Assembly: GCF_001545095.1 (NCBI RefSeq)
Contig: NZ_CP013213.1
Coordinates: 1,410,001 to 1,442,000 of the forward strand
Direction: 5' to 3'
Length of the DNA: 32,000 nt
From: Erysipelothrix larvae
GTDB taxonomy: Bacteria; Bacillota_I; Bacilli_A; Erysipelotrichales; Erysipelotrichaceae
The position numbers were made by a program, and so were the translations under genes. The notes beneath the pieces were generated by a model, which saw only the letters and a list, made by a program, of their open reading frames with translations, made no database searches and was not told the DNA's origin. Shown here in pieces: positions 31,713 through 32,000 of the stretch (position 1 is its first letter; every line of letters begins with the position of its first letter).

Positions 31713-32000
31713 TACTGCTCACCACCTTCTTTGCCAAAACTTCTGTATACATACCTCGACCTTTTACGTTTTCTACCGAGGTAATATCAAAACGCTCTCC
31801 ATCACACACAATAAAATGTTCTGTCGTGACCTCGACTCCTGGAATCGCACGAAACCTGAATAAATCTGTAGCCTCTGAAAAAGTAGCTAGGTTAGCCCAG
31901 CGTTCACTGCCATGACGCCCTTCCCGGTAGACTCGAATCGAAGCAATCACGGTTTCTGATGTTGTCGCAAATCCTTCACTGTCTTTTGTTTTTGTGACTA
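31699..32000 (-). CDS. Head-tail adaptor / head closure protein (partial; N-terminus may lie beyond the right edge)
   Basis: The frame of track ORF 31699-31950 (GTG start) stays open upstream to the window edge (VTKTKDSEGFATTSETVIASIRVYREG...FRFRAIPGVEVTTEHFIVCDGERFDITSVENVKGRGMY), which matches the Phage_H_T_join pattern. Confidence 0.75.
   Translation of the reverse strand, partial: VTKTKDSEGFATTSETVIASIRVYREGRHGSERWANLATFSEATDLFRFRAIPGVEVTTEHFIVCDGERFDITSVENVKGRGMYTEVLAKKVVSSIGKS

Noticed and set aside
31390-31863. 157-aa plus-strand ORF at the right end (also 31706-31915)
   Set aside because: It is antisense to the HK97 gp10-like and head-tail adaptor genes. It has no SD and no phage-module logic.
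1-32000. Search for tRNA, rRNA, CRISPR arrays, reverse transcriptase/DGR, and toxin-antitoxin pairs
   Set aside because: Nothing with the required structure or motifs was recognised by eye. Small structured RNAs cannot be excluded without covariance-model scans.

Overview
Low-GC Firmicute-type DNA with GGAGG-type Shine-Dalgarno (SD) sites. Almost every real gene is on the minus strand. No tRNA, rRNA or CRISPR array was seen.

LEFT PART (1-8.5 kb), chromosomal or accessory genes:
- a partial Zn-dependent alcohol dehydrogenase;
- a ~950-bp ORF-poor gap;
- an AraC-type regulator, a P-loop kinase-like protein and a small immunity-like ORF;
- a compact metal/redox module, read right to left: XRE HTH, 79-aa ORF, FNR-like regulator, strong terminator, FNR-box promoter, mini RIC/YtfE-like protein, P1B-type ATPase, second FNR-box promoter, HMA metallochaperone.

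RIGHT PART (8.5-32 kb), one end of a siphovirus-type prophage, read right to left:
- structural genes: head-tail adaptor (partial), HK97 gp10-like, tail terminator-like, major tail, chaperone G/GT with a -1 frameshift, tape measure, Dit, and Tal with an in-frame TAA near its 3' end;
- a tail-accessory gene split by a 2380-bp IS21-family element (istA/istB, 5-bp target duplication);
- an 822-aa protein with a perfect GH18 catalytic motif, then holin and a GH25/Cpl-7 endolysin;
- a replication module: DUF2800-like nuclease, DUF2815-like SSB and a family A polymerase;
- a small ORF and two large serine recombinases separated by a catalytic-domain-less recombinase-domain ORF.

BEST CANDIDATES FOR NEW BIOLOGY:
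1. A self-contained FNR-type regulon. Two perfect TTGAT-N4-ATCAA boxes each sit at -41.5 of a TATAAT promoter. Its regulator has the FNR E--SR helix, but His residues where FNR has cluster cysteines. It controls an atypical (CPG/HEAS) P1B ATPase, a mini-RIC protein and an HMA protein.
2. A ~40-nt conserved direct repeat that brackets the phage replication module and overlaps SD-sequestering or terminator structures.
3. The two-plus-one serine recombinase cluster.
4. Two independent lesions or recoding candidates in the tail-tip genes: the IS21 insertion and the in-frame TAA inside a jelly-roll domain.

All calls come from reading the sequence and recalling family motifs. No database search was possible.
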